IMG/VR virus record: IMGVR_UViG_3300025108_000062
Span: 1-55,450 of that record
Direction: 5' to 3' (one strand)
DNA from: a virus
Lineage: Duplodnaviria > Caudoviricetes
Length of the DNA: 55,450 nucleotides
A program made the position numbers and the translations under genes. Each line of letters opens with the position of its first letter. The stretch's first letter is position 1. The notes under the pieces were generated by a model. That model had not been told where the DNA came from and searched no databases. It saw only the letters and a program-made list of their open reading frames with translations. Of this stretch, positions 27,836 through 38,147 are shown piece after piece.

Positions 27836-29748
27836 AAAAAATAAACAATATTAAAGGCTTTAAACAGTTTAATGAAGACAGCGTAAAGGCAATAGTTTTT
27901 ACGTTTGGAAGATTTAATCCACCTACTGTTGGACACGGCAAGCTTATAACCAAGGTAGCTGCAGCAGCTATTGGAAATCAGTATCGTATATATGCTTCGC
28001 AATCTAATGATTCTAAAAAGAATCCTCTTAAATATAAAGAGAAAATTCGTGTTATGCGCAAAATGTTTCCAAAACACGGAAGAAACATTATTGAAGATAA
28101 GAATGCAAAAACTGCATTGCACATCGCTTCTATTTTACATGACCAAGGTTTTACAAAGCTGACTATGGTTGTTGGCTCTGACCGCATAAAAGAATTCCAA
28201 AAACTTCTTAAAAACTATAATGGTGTAAAAGGCCGCCATGGATTTTATGATTTCAATGATGGTATAGAAGTTATTTCAGCCGGTGAGAGAGATCCTGATG
28301 CAGAAGGTGTTGAAGGAATGAGTGCTTCTAAGATGCGTTCAGCAGCAATCGACGGCGACTTTAAATCTTTCAGCCAAGGATTACCAAAGGAGTATGGCGA
28401 AGACATGACACTGTTTAATCTAATTCGAAAAAGAATGGGCTTAAAAGAAAAGGTCAGCTTTCGTAAACACATTCAACTTCCAAGTTTTTCAGAAAAAAGA
28501 GAGCAGTATATTTCAGGCGAAATATTTAATGTCGGAGACACTGCTGTTACTGAGTCTAATGATGAAATCGTAATTAAAGAAAGAAAGTCAAATTACGTTA
28601 TTGATTCAAAAAACAAAAAACATTTTATTGAAAAAATCAATCCTTCTTATAAAAAAGATTTGTCAAAATCAACTACGGCAAAACGCCAAGCTCAGTTTAA
28701 TAAGCAGGCTAAAATGGACGATGATGATCCTAAAGCTTATAAGAAAGCCCCAGGAGATGCTCGAGCAAAGACAAAGGTTTCTAAGCACACAAAGGCATAT
28801 CATAAAAAATTCGGTAAAAAAGAAGCCTTGGATCAAGGAACAGATGAGTTAGTTAAAGCGTACAAAAAGCTTACACCTCTCGAAGAAAAACAAATTGCTG
28901 GTCTTAAGAAAAAAGCAGAAGAATCTGGTATGCCATATAGTGTATTGAAAAAGGTGTTTGACCGCGGAATGGCCGCATGGAAGACCGGCCATCGTCCAGG
29001 AGCAACTCCTCATCAGTGGGCGTATGCACGAGTCAATTCTTTTGTTACAAAGAGTAAAGGCACATGGGGTGGAGCCGATAAAGACTTAGCAGCAAAGGTT
29101 AGAAAAGAATCAATTGAGGAAGAAGCTGTGTGTCCTCCGGCAACACAAGATTTAAAAATAAATACAAAAAATCGAGATGCCACAATTAAAGAGTATAATT
29201 ATGGTCCTTTAAATGTTGATGAACCTGGCACTTATTGGAAAGATATTGCTAAGTATTGGAAAACAACTGTACAAGCTGCGCAGAAGTCAATCTGTGAAAA
29301 TTGCGTTGCCTTTGATATCTCTCCTAGAATGAAAGATTGTATGCCTGGTGAAACATCTGATGAAGATGGTGAACTTGGTTATTGCTGGATGCATCACTTT
29401 AAATGCCATTCTGCTCGAGCTTGTCATACGTGGGCTAAAGGAGGTCCAATTGACACTGATAAAATTTCAGCTGAATGGGCTAAGAGAGCAGGCAAAGACT
29501 ATTTTAAAGAAGATACCAAAACATTTTCGGAAGGACCAGGCAAATATAAAGGAGAAACTTGGGAAGACGGTTTTAAAAGACGTGTAGTAAAAACAACAAA
29601 GCCTGAACATAAAGAAAAAGGTTACAGTTGGCGCATTAAAGGAAAGGAGCGGGACGAAATTTCAATTAAGCTTTATAAAGAAAAGCCTGATTTTAAAGAA
29701 TTTGAAAATCAAATGAAACGAGTCGCTGGCCATGAGTTTGGTGGTTAA
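27823..29748 (+). CDS. Cytidylyltransferase-like (HIGH superfamily) protein with C-terminal accessory modules
   Basis: FTFGRFNPPTVGHGKL, VVGSDR, SAGERDPDAEG..GMSASKMR; Cys/His module C..C...YC..HHFKC....C. Confidence 0.8.
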   Translation: MGTIKKINNIKGFKQFNEDSVKAIVFTFGRFNPPTVGHGKLITKVAAAAIGNQYRIYASQSNDSKKNPLKYKEKIRVMRKMFPKHGRNIIEDKNAKTALHIASILHDQGFTKLTMVVGSDRIKEFQKLLKNYNGVKGRHGFYDFNDGIEVISAGERDPDAEGVEGMSASKMRSAAIDGDFKSFSQGLPKEYGEDMTLFNLIRKRMGLKEKVSFRKHIQLPSFSEKREQYISGEIFNVGDTAVTESNDEIVIKERKSNYVIDSKNKKHFIEKINPSYKKDLSKSTTAKRQAQFNKQAKMDDDDPKAYKKAPGDARAKTKVSKHTKAYHKKFGKKEALDQGTDELVKAYKKLTPLEEKQIAGLKKKAEESGMPYSVLKKVFDRGMAAWKTGHRPGATPHQWAYARVNSFVTKSKGTWGGADKDLAAKVRKESIEEEAVCPPATQDLKINTKNRDATIKEYNYGPLNVDEPGTYWKDIAKYWKTTVQAAQKSICENCVAFDISPRMKDCMPGETSDEDGELGYCWMHHFKCHSARACHTWAKGGPIDTDKISAEWAKRAGKDYFKEDTKTFSEGPGKYKGETWEDGFKRRVVKTTKPEHKEKGYSWRIKGKERDEISIKLYKEKPDFKEFENQMKRVAGHEFGG

Positions 29749-29782
29749 AAATATCAAACATTATAAATAGTAAAATAATTAT

Positions 29783-30079
29783 ATGAATCAAGGAGACAAT
29801 AAACGTTTAGATCGAATTGAAGAAAAAATTGATAAAATGACTGCGGCTGTTATTGCTTTAGCTCGTGCTGAAGAAAAAATTGTTAGTCTTGATGAAACAA
29901 CCAGAATGATTCTTAATAAAATGGTTGATCAAGACAAACGTTTACGAACACTTGAAGCGACGCAATTAGATACAGAATCAACTATTAAAACTGTAAGAGC
30001 CGTTGCTTTTACAACAATATCTGCGTTAATTACAAGTGCTGTCGCAGGAATAATTTGGTTATTGTCGGGAGGAAAATAG
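29783..30079 (+). CDS. Late coiled-coil protein with C-terminal TM helix
   Basis: TATAAATA at 29762; RLDRIEEKIDK; hydrophobic C-terminus. Confidence 0.6.
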   Translation: MNQGDNKRLDRIEEKIDKMTAAVIALARAEEKIVSLDETTRMILNKMVDQDKRLRTLEATQLDTESTIKTVRAVAFTTISALITSAVAGIIWLLSGGK

Positions 30080-30080
30080 T

Positions 30081-30437
30081 ATGATAAGCTTTAAACAATT
30101 TTTGCTTGAAAAGCCATTAAATCCTGCGCAAAGAATTGCTAGAAGCCGTACGATGAAAAGGTTGATGCCAAAAATTCAAATGAAAAGAAAGCTGGCAATG
30201 AAGAAAAAAGCCTCCTTTGATCAGTTGAAAGCAAGATCCGTTAAAAAGGCTACAGACATTGTTAGAAAAAAATTAGCTAAAGGTGACTATTCTTCAATGA
30301 CATATTCTCAGAAAATTCAAATTGACAAAAAACTCGAAAAGAAAAAAGGACTAATAAAAAAACTTTCTAAAAAACTTATTCCAGCTATAAAACAAGCAGA
30401 AGCTGATAGAATTAAAAAAGCTAAAGAAAACTCATAA
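30081..30437 (+). CDS. Highly basic probable internal head protein
   Basis: MISFKQFLLE N-terminus; Lys/Arg rich. Confidence 0.6.
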   Translation: MISFKQFLLEKPLNPAQRIARSRTMKRLMPKIQMKRKLAMKKKASFDQLKARSVKKATDIVRKKLAKGDYSSMTYSQKIQIDKKLEKKKGLIKKLSKKLIPAIKQAEADRIKKAKENS

Positions 30438-30453
30438 CAATATAAATAGAATT

Positions 30454-32157
30454 ATGTACCAAGACGATTTAACGAAAAAAATTGCCAACGCGGCAAAAGA
30501 AGTACTTGAAAATAAAAAAGTAAAAGAAACTGAGGTTCAGCCTTCAGACAAAGACTTTGTCGATCTTCATTCGATTGATAAAGGAAAGCGTCGTGGCTCA
30601 ACTCCTCTTACGGAAAAAGATATTGACGAAGCAAATGAATTTACTAAAGCTGCCGCAAAAGCCGCAGTTGCTGGTGATGACGAGTTTGAATTTGACGGTA
30701 AGAAATTCCCTACTGAAATGGATGTTGAAGTAGCCAAGAAAATCCTTGGTGAGTCAACAGAGCTTGATGAAGCTACCATGAGCTCAGGCGTAAAAATGGC
30801 AGGTGAACGCATTTATGCTTTAGAGAAACAACTAAAAGTCGGATCAGCGGTAAATAAGGGTGTTAACAAAGCACTTGGAGGAAAGTACGATGGTGACTTT
30901 AAGGATATGACGAAAGCTATCGATAAAGTCATTTCTGTTTGGGAAGAAATTGAGTTTCAGTACGGCCAGAGTGAGTCAACTAATGTTGACGAATCAGTCG
31001 ATCTTGATGAAGCATATATTGACGTTGATACTGCCGATCCAAAATCAATTGAATTTGCAAAGCTGATGAAAAAGTATCGTGTTAAAGGAAGAATTATAAC
31101 AATGAAAGGCCCTGGCGGTGGAATGCCATTGGTTAGGCTTACTGGTAAAAAGAAAGACCTAGAAGGCATTTTAAAAGATCCTAAAGGTTGGCAGGATGAC
31201 GGATTCCTTGCAGGATTTATTGAGGAATCGGCCAATCCTGGAAAGGCTATCGAAGAAGCTATAAAAGGACTTTCTGAAGAACAAATCGATGAGCTTATTG
31301 GTGGATTGCTTAAAAAAGGAGCTAAGGCTTTAGGCAAGGCTGTAAAAAGTCGTGTTACTAAATCCGGAAGACAAGATCGTGCTGACAAAAAACACAAGTT
31401 AGACGTACGAGGAAAAAAACTTGAAATAAAGAAAAAAATTAATGACATTTTAGATAAAAAGAGTAAAGCTCAAAAGAAAAAAAGAGATGTCGAAAAAGAC
31501 TCAAAAGCTGCAAAAGCACTTGATGACAAAATTGATGGATATAAAACACGTATTGATCAACTTAAGGATAAAATGAACGATATTGTTGAAAGCGATATTG
31601 AAGAATCTAACAGTTGAAAAGATAAAGTAGAATCTGAGTCTCAGGTTGATGAAGCAGTTAGACCAAACGATAAAGTTTTTGTTAAAGGAAAAAACAGAGA
31701 TGGTAAAACCATAAGTTATTTTGCGTTCGGCGCATCTTTTAAAGAAGTTAAAGCTTTTAGGAGGGCAATAAAGAAACTGCTATCTGATCACGCTCAGAAA
31801 AAATTTGATGTTTATGTTGATGGAAATTCAGACCTTGTAGATTCTGATTCAAGCAAAACGATTGTTAGATTTGATGACAAAATGACAGTTGCTGACGTTG
31901 CTAAAGCTGTCGAAGAGTTTATCAATAAAGAGTATCCTCCAAAGAAAGCTGCTCCTGCTGTTGACTATAAAACAGACACACGTACAATTGTTACAGCCGA
32001 TGATGAAAAAGCAAAAGAGCTTAAGAAAAAATATCACGGCAAAGGAACTAAAGTACGAATTATGAAGAGAAAATCTGGTAATAAGGTATACATCGATTCT
32101 AAAACATCTGAAATTCATAAAGCAATTAATGATGCATTAGCTGATGAATTGAATTAA
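30454..32157 (+). CDS. Probable internal head/core protein interrupted by one in-frame TGA (31615-31617)
   Basis: ORFs 30454-31617 and 31882-32157 share a frame, which is open for the 88 codons between them; [ILV]DEA repeats on both sides of the TGA. Confidence 0.6.
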
Positions 32158-32291
32158 ACAACAAAAATAAAATGACATTTGAGTTAATGACTGATGGAAT
32201 AACAGCTATTGTTCTTTTGTCGTGTGTTTCCTTATTAATAATGAATATGCGTCAATAGACTTGCAGTATAAAGGTTAGATAAATAACTTAT

Positions 32292-32663
32292 ATGGACAAA
32301 CTATTTGACGAATTAACAAGTCAAAATTTTGAATTATTTGCTGCTAAATATTACACTAATAAAAGGTGTCTTACTATGGATGAATTTTACGGTGATTTAT
32401 CAACATTTAAATACATAGTAAGATTGCTTAGGAGATACAGAAGTTCTGGCAAATTACAAGAAAAACTACTTTTAAACCACTTGATTTTAATTTACAATGT
32501 TTTTGAAATACACGCTGCAACACGGATGCTTTTCTTTAGAGTTGATGAAAATTTGTGGCCAGCGCTTAAAACATTTATGATTTATTTAAATTATTTACAA
32601 CCGAACACTTATCAAGATATAAATATTGATTTGAGTATAGCTAACAAACTGAAAGAAATATAA
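32292..32663 (+). CDS. Conserved T4-like hypothetical protein
   Basis: NF.LFA.K.Y, EF..DL..FKY..RL, LLLNHLI..YNVF. Confidence 0.75.
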   Translation: MDKLFDELTSQNFELFAAKYYTNKRCLTMDEFYGDLSTFKYIVRLLRRYRSSGKLQEKLLLNHLILIYNVFEIHAATRMLFFRVDENLWPALKTFMIYLNYLQPNTYQDINIDLSIANKLKEI

Positions 32664-32665
32664 CT

Positions 32666-33244
32666 ATGGGATTATTTAGAGGACCAGACTTTTTTTACGC
32701 ATTACGATTTCTTCGTCTATTAACGATGCCGTGGATAAAAACCGACGCGTTTAAACAGGGCATTGTAGACGATCAAGGAGTAAAAGTTAAAAAACCTGAA
32801 ACACCTAAAGAAAAGTCATCATACACAATTTTTCATAAATTAGTATTCAATATTCGAAGGCTTTTGGGAAAAATCCCGTTAGGCAAAAGTACAATAGCAC
32901 GTTACGCCGCGGCATTGTATCTCATTAAGGAACATACAAAAATTAGCGATGAACGTCTAGTTAAGATCCTTAAAGAAACAAATGGTGTAGATCTTTCGGA
33001 ATATAAGCCAGACTTAAATGAATGGTATTTGACCGAAGACGGAAATATAGAAAAGGGAAAATATGCACTTGTCCGTGACATAGCATTACCAAAGACCGGA
33101 GAAATTTTAGCATTAAAAGGGTCTATGGTAGAAACAACGGAATCTCAACCGCATGGCTCAGTGTTGGGTCATGCGGTATTTAAAGTTAAACACGTTAAAA
33201 CACAACAAACAGTATACGTTACACAGGAAGATATCGCTAGATGA
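32666..33244 (+). CDS. Conserved T4-like hypothetical protein
   Basis: RFLRLL..PW..TDAF..GI.D..G, YT.FH.LVFNI.RL, YAAALYLIKE. Confidence 0.75.
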   Translation: MGLFRGPDFFYALRFLRLLTMPWIKTDAFKQGIVDDQGVKVKKPETPKEKSSYTIFHKLVFNIRRLLGKIPLGKSTIARYAAALYLIKEHTKISDERLVKILKETNGVDLSEYKPDLNEWYLTEDGNIEKGKYALVRDIALPKTGEILALKGSMVETTESQPHGSVLGHAVFKVKHVKTQQTVYVTQEDIAR

Positions 33245-33510
33245 AAAAAGAAAATATGACCACGTCGGCAGTTGCAATTACCGACAAACCGTTAGGAGCC
33301 GTAGTAAAAAGAAAATATCGTGTTTTTGATGTTTCTATGGAGACTTTTAGAAAGTTCGAAACCGGCCGTACAAAATATGAACGGTGGTCAAAATTTATTA
33401 ATGAAGGCGAGAAAAATATTGTCGATTATTATAATCGAAATAAGGACGCTGTGATTGTTTTACGTAACGCAGAAACTGGAGCTTTACGTGCTCTATATAA
33501 TTCAAAATAA
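33241..33510 (+). CDS. Conserved hypothetical protein
   Basis: F..G..KYERWSK, IVLRN..TGA. Confidence 0.65.
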   Translation: MKKENMTTSAVAITDKPLGAVVKRKYRVFDVSMETFRKFETGRTKYERWSKFINEGEKNIVDYYNRNKDAVIVLRNAETGALRALYNSK

Positions 33511-33572
33511 GTAAAAATAGGTTTTACTTATCTGCTTTAATGTGTTATAATAATTAACATCAAATCACCGCT

Positions 33573-34547
33573 ATGTCTATATTCGAAGAACAACAATCTC
33601 GTAAACCAAATTTATATCCATGGACAGAACAGTTCATTGAATCCATGCATAACGGATTCTGGACTGATAAAGAATTCTCTTTCACGTCTGACGTTCAACA
33701 ATTTAAAACTGAACTTGACGATCAACAAAGAGAAATTATTGTCAGAACACTTTCAGCTGTTGGCCAAATTGAAGTCGCAGTAAAAACTTTCTGGGCTAAA
33801 CTAGGAGAGAATCTTCCACATCCCGCGCTTCAAGACTTAGGTTATGTAATGGCTAATACTGAAGTGATTCATAATAACGCATATGAAAGACTTCTTACGG
33901 TGCTTGATATGGAAGATGTGTTTGAAGAAAATTTAAAACTAGACTTTATTCAAGGTCGTGTTAACTACTTACGCAAATACACACACAAATTTTATAAGAG
34001 CTCTAAGAAACAGTATTTGTATGCCCTCACACTTTTCACACTGTTTGTAGAAAACGTATCTCTCTTCTCTCAGTTTTATATTATTAACTGGTTTGCACGT
34101 TATAAGAATGTGCTAAAAGACACTGATCAACAAGTTAAGTACACACGAAACGAGGAGAATATACACGCTCTTGTTGGCATGAAAATCATTAACACGATTC
34201 GTGAAGAAAGCCCTGAATTATTTGATGAAGAGCTAGAAGAAAGAATTCGAGGAGAGGCCGTAGACGCATTTACAGCCGAAAGTAAAATAGTTGATTGGAT
34301 GATTAATGGAATTGATGAGCCAGGATTAAACGCCACTATTGTTAAAGAGTTTATTAAAAACCGTATTAACTCTTCTTTAGATCAAATTGGTTTCGAACCC
34401 GTATTTGAAGTAGATGACACTCTTTTAGAATCGACTATGTGGTTTGAAGAGGAGCTTCTTGGAAATAACATGACTGATTTTTTCCACTCACGCCCTGTTG
34501 AGTATTCGAAGAAAAGTCAGTCTTTTGACGAGGACGATCTCTTTTGA
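33573..34547 (+). CDS. nrdB: Class I ribonucleotide reductase beta subunit
   Basis: EVIH..AY, VENVSLFSQF, EE.IH, DFF..RPVEY. Confidence 0.93.
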   Translation: MSIFEEQQSRKPNLYPWTEQFIESMHNGFWTDKEFSFTSDVQQFKTELDDQQREIIVRTLSAVGQIEVAVKTFWAKLGENLPHPALQDLGYVMANTEVIHNNAYERLLTVLDMEDVFEENLKLDFIQGRVNYLRKYTHKFYKSSKKQYLYALTLFTLFVENVSLFSQFYIINWFARYKNVLKDTDQQVKYTRNEENIHALVGMKIINTIREESPELFDEELEERIRGEAVDAFTAESKIVDWMINGIDEPGLNATIVKEFIKNRINSSLDQIGFEPVFEVDDTLLESTMWFEEELLGNNMTDFFHSRPVEYSKKSQSFDEDDLF

Positions 34548-34574
34548 TTTTAAATTTTTTGCTATTATAATATT

Positions 34575-36221
34575 ATGAATGACATTTATTGGTTAAACAA
34601 AGACAGTCGGCAGTTCCTTGAAAGGGGCTATCTACTTCCTGGTGAAAGTCCAGAACAGCGCATTATTGACATTGCGAATAAAGCCCAAGAATATCTTGGT
34701 GATGATAGTTGGGCTGAAAAGTTTATTGACTATATGCACAAAGGATTCTATTCCTTATCATCTCCTATTTGGTCTAACTTTGGGAGAGATAGAGGTTTGC
34801 CGATCTCTTGTTTTGGATCTTATATTCCAGATGATATGGAGAAGATTCTTGGTAAGATTGCTGAGGTTGGAACTATGTCTAAAGTCGGCGGAGGAACTTC
34901 TGCGTATTTTGGCGATGTACGTTGTAGAGGAGCAGAAATTTCTAGCGGAGGAAGTGCTACTGGAGTTCATCACCAGTTAACAGTATTTGATTCTTTAACA
35001 AATTACATTTCACAAAGCAATGTCCGACGAGGATCATTTGCGGCTTATTTGCCGATTGACCATGGCGACATTGAAGAGTTTTTAGGAATTAGAGGTGAAG
35101 GAAATGCTATTCAAGATCTTTCTATTGGTGTTACTATCAGTGACGAATGGATGAAAGAAATGGTTGCAGGTGATAAAAAGAAAAGATCTATATGGGGTAA
35201 GGTTATTAAGAAGCGTTATGAGTCTGGGTATCCTTACATATTCTTTTCTGATAACGCTAATAACGCCGCTCCGGAAGTTTACAAAGATAAAGGTAAACGT
35301 ATTCACGCTTCAAATTTGTGCACTGAAATATTTTTATCCGCAGAAGAAGACGAGTCATTTGTGTGTGATCTATCTTCTCTTAATCTTGCTAAGTGGTCAG
35401 AAATTGTTGAAACCGACGCTATTGAAACATTGACACAGTTCCTTGATGCTGTTATGACTGAGTTTATTAACAAAACTCGTGGAGTTAAAAATTTAGAATC
35501 ACCACATAAGTTTGCTATGACTCAAAGAGCTCTTGGTATAGGCGTACTAGGTTGGCATTCATACTTACAACAGGAAAGTATTGCTTTTGAGTCCATGGAA
35601 GCTAAGCTCCAAAACTCTCTTATTTTTAAGACTATTCAAGAGAGGACAACTGCAGCTTCTAAAGAAATGGCTATTGAATATGGTGTACCATCTCTTATGG
35701 AAGGTTATGGTTTACGTAATAGTTGCTTAGTAGCTATTGCTCCTACCACAAGCAGCTCTTTTATTCTAGGTCAAATTAGTCCTTCAATCGAACCTCTTAA
35801 TAGTAATTACTTTACAAAAGATCTTGCTAAAGGCAAGTTTACCTACAAAAACCCAGAGCTTACTAAAGTTCTAATTAGCTACGATAAAAACGATAACTCT
35901 ACTTGGAGAAGCATATTGCAAAAAGGTGGTTCTGTACAGCATTTGAAATTCCTCTCTGACCACGAAAAAGAAGTATTTAAAAACTTCGGTGAAATATCTC
36001 AGAAAGAAATTCTTATCCAAGCAGCACAACGCCAAAAATACATTGATCAAGGGCAGTCTATTAACATGATGGTTCCACCTTCGACTAAACCTAAAGAAGT
36101 TAACGAACTACTTGTATGGGCATGGGAAAACGGGATTAAGTCATTGTATTATCAGCGTAGCGCAAACCCTGCTCAAGAGCTTGCACGCTCACTAAACGAA
36201 TGCACTACGTGTGAATCATGA
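34575..36221 (+). CDS. nrdA: Class I ribonucleotide reductase alpha subunit (short; no evident ATP cone)
   Basis: PISCF, GGGTS, RRG, SNLCTEI, VCDLSS, APTTSSS, KSLYY, C-terminal CTTCES. Confidence 0.95.
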   Translation: MNDIYWLNKDSRQFLERGYLLPGESPEQRIIDIANKAQEYLGDDSWAEKFIDYMHKGFYSLSSPIWSNFGRDRGLPISCFGSYIPDDMEKILGKIAEVGTMSKVGGGTSAYFGDVRCRGAEISSGGSATGVHHQLTVFDSLTNYISQSNVRRGSFAAYLPIDHGDIEEFLGIRGEGNAIQDLSIGVTISDEWMKEMVAGDKKKRSIWGKVIKKRYESGYPYIFFSDNANNAAPEVYKDKGKRIHASNLCTEIFLSAEEDESFVCDLSSLNLAKWSEIVETDAIETLTQFLDAVMTEFINKTRGVKNLESPHKFAMTQRALGIGVLGWHSYLQQESIAFESMEAKLQNSLIFKTIQERTTAASKEMAIEYGVPSLMEGYGLRNSCLVAIAPTTSSSFILGQISPSIEPLNSNYFTKDLAKGKFTYKNPELTKVLISYDKNDNSTWRSILQKGGSVQHLKFLSDHEKEVFKNFGEISQKEILIQAAQRQKYIDQGQSINMMVPPSTKPKEVNELLVWAWENGIKSLYYQRSANPAQELARSLNECTTCES

Positions 36222-36385
36222 CAAAAGAACAAGTTAATTGCCAAAGCTGCTCTGCAGATTATTATATTATGTGGAGTGATGATTTAGAAGACGATTACGG
36301 AAACCAAGTAGTTCCTGAGTACTGTCCTTTTTGCGGATCAAGTCATATTTGTGTTGAAGAAGAATATTTACTTGAAGAAGACTAA
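36218..36385 (+). CDS. Small zinc-ribbon protein (not in ORF track)
   Basis: 55 aa, MTKEQVNCQSC...YCPFCG; overlaps both neighbours' start/stop. Confidence 0.7.
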   Translation: MTKEQVNCQSCSADYYIMWSDDLEDDYGNQVVPEYCPFCGSSHICVEEEYLLEED

Positions 36386-36792
36386 TGTACACATACAAAA
36401 TTAAAGAAATCACAAAGGTAGTTGACGGAGACACAGTCGATGTTATTATTGACTTAGGCTTTGGTATAACTAAAAAAGAACGCGTACGAATTGCTGCAAT
36501 TGACGCTCCTGAGTCACGGACCCGTGACCTATACGAAAAAAAGCTAGGATTAGAAGCAAAACACTGGCTAAAAAAACACGTTGAATACTGTGATAGTGTT
36601 ATTATTAAAACTGAAAAGGAAGGCAAATACGGCCGTATTTTAGGTTGGTTATACACAGATGAATTCAGCATTTCTTTGAATGAAGTAATGGTAGAAAAAG
36701 GTTATGCTTGGGTATATGATGGAGGAAAGAAAGAAAAGGATTATGACGAGTTAAAAGAAAAAAGAATTGCAGATGGATCGTGGATTAAATAG
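36385..36792 (+). CDS. Thermonuclease (SNase) family protein
   Basis: KVVDGDT, RVRIAAIDAPE, GKYGRILG, G.AW.YDGG. Confidence 0.88.
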   Translation: MYTYKIKEITKVVDGDTVDVIIDLGFGITKKERVRIAAIDAPESRTRDLYEKKLGLEAKHWLKKHVEYCDSVIIKTEKEGKYGRILGWLYTDEFSISLNEVMVEKGYAWVYDGGKKEKDYDELKEKRIADGSWIK

Positions 36793-36817
36793 CTGTTTTG
36801 TATAAATAGAATTGAGT

Positions 36818-37729
36818 ATGTGTGTAGTAGCGGTAAAATATATGAATGGTTACGGCTGGATCGGTGCAAAAAACCGTGACCGTAATTATAAAACAGATGT
36901 TGTAATTACACAATCTAATCGTCACGGTTTACAACGCTTATACATTGATGACAAACTAAGTAGATGGAGCGAAGGAGTCAATGAACATGGGTTAGCAATT
37001 ATATCTGCGTCCTTTTCTGTTAAAAGCGACGAAAAGGAAGGCGATAAGATTATTTTAAAAAGAAAAAATAAGCGAGACAATATTGGATATTATTCTCCTG
37101 ACGGAAGGGCAATTAGAAAAGCTCTTTTGGCCAAAACACCTAAGGAAGCTTTAGATCTACTTGTTGAACTTAAATTGGCTGGTGCTACATATGTCTTTAA
37201 TGAAAAAGATTGTTATGTTCTTGAGGGAGGATTTACTGTAAGAAAAGATGATGCTACTAAAGAAAATCCAAGAGAGTACAAATACGTTATAAGCAAAATT
37301 TCAAAAGACGAACCGTGTTCGTGTAGAACAAACCACGGTATTACAATGAAGGAACTTGGGTATCATAAAAACCCAACCGATGAACGTTTAGTTAAAGCCC
37401 GTGAAAGTAGCGAAAAACGTTTAGAATACGCAAGGAAGTTTGCGTCAGCTGATATTTCAGAACCAGGAGAACTCATTGATCAAATCGCAAAATGTCCTGA
37501 TAAAGACGTTTTCATGAATCCAATGAGAACAGGCAATATTAAAAAAGGTGAGATGGTGACAACTGGACAATTGTTGATTGTACCAAAGGAAAGAACACTT
37601 CATTATAGACCAATATACTCTTCAGTTTCTTTTGATTACGACCGCTTAAGTGGTCCTGAAGCAAAAACTTTTTTTGAAATTATTTCATCCCGTAAGCTCT
37701 TATCCTTTAAAGAGTTCGCGCATAAATAA
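36818..37729 (+). CDS. Ntn-hydrolase (C45/NRDE-like) late protein
   Basis: M-C N-terminal nucleophile, KNRDR, EGVNEHGL, RTNHG; TATAAATA at 36801. Confidence 0.7.
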   Translation: MCVVAVKYMNGYGWIGAKNRDRNYKTDVVITQSNRHGLQRLYIDDKLSRWSEGVNEHGLAIISASFSVKSDEKEGDKIILKRKNKRDNIGYYSPDGRAIRKALLAKTPKEALDLLVELKLAGATYVFNEKDCYVLEGGFTVRKDDATKENPREYKYVISKISKDEPCSCRTNHGITMKELGYHKNPTDERLVKARESSEKRLEYARKFASADISEPGELIDQIAKCPDKDVFMNPMRTGNIKKGEMVTTGQLLIVPKERTLHYRPIYSSVSFDYDRLSGPEAKTFFEIISSRKLLSFKEFAHK

Positions 37730-37733
37730 CTTT

Positions 37734-38147
37734 ATGTGGATTTATAACGGAGAGGAATTTACCTCTGAAATGATCGAATCATACCATGGATTTGTGTATG
37801 AAGTAACCGATACTCATAATAAAATGAAGTATATTGGTAAGAAAAAGTTTTGGTCTAAAGTCACCCGCCCTCCTCTTAAAGGCAGAAAAAACAAAAGGAG
37901 ATCTATAAAAGAGTCGGATTGGCAAAAGTATTATGGTTCGAATGAAGAAGTAAAGACACTAGTAGAGGAGTTTGGACCTAGCAGATTTGAAAGAACCATA
38001 CTAAAATTGTGTGTTTCTCCAGGGCAAATGACATATTTCGAAATGAAAGAGCAAATTGACAGAGAAGTGCTTTTTAAGCCAAATGAGTACTATAATGCCT
38101 TTATTGGCGGTAAAATCCATAGAAAACACGTTTTTAAGGAAAAATAG
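37734..38147 (+). CDS. GIY-YIG family endonuclease
   Basis: GFVY...KYIGKK, ESDW..YYGS, YYN. Confidence 0.75.
   Translation: MWIYNGEEFTSEMIESYHGFVYEVTDTHNKMKYIGKKKFWSKVTRPPLKGRKNKRRSIKESDWQKYYGSNEEVKTLVEEFGPSRFERTILKLCVSPGQMTYFEMKEQIDREVLFKPNEYYNAFIGGKIHRKHVFKEK

Noticed and set aside
8963-36221. Introns or inteins in gene 43, 41, uvsX, nrdA or nrdB
   Set aside because: All are uninterrupted and of normal or short length
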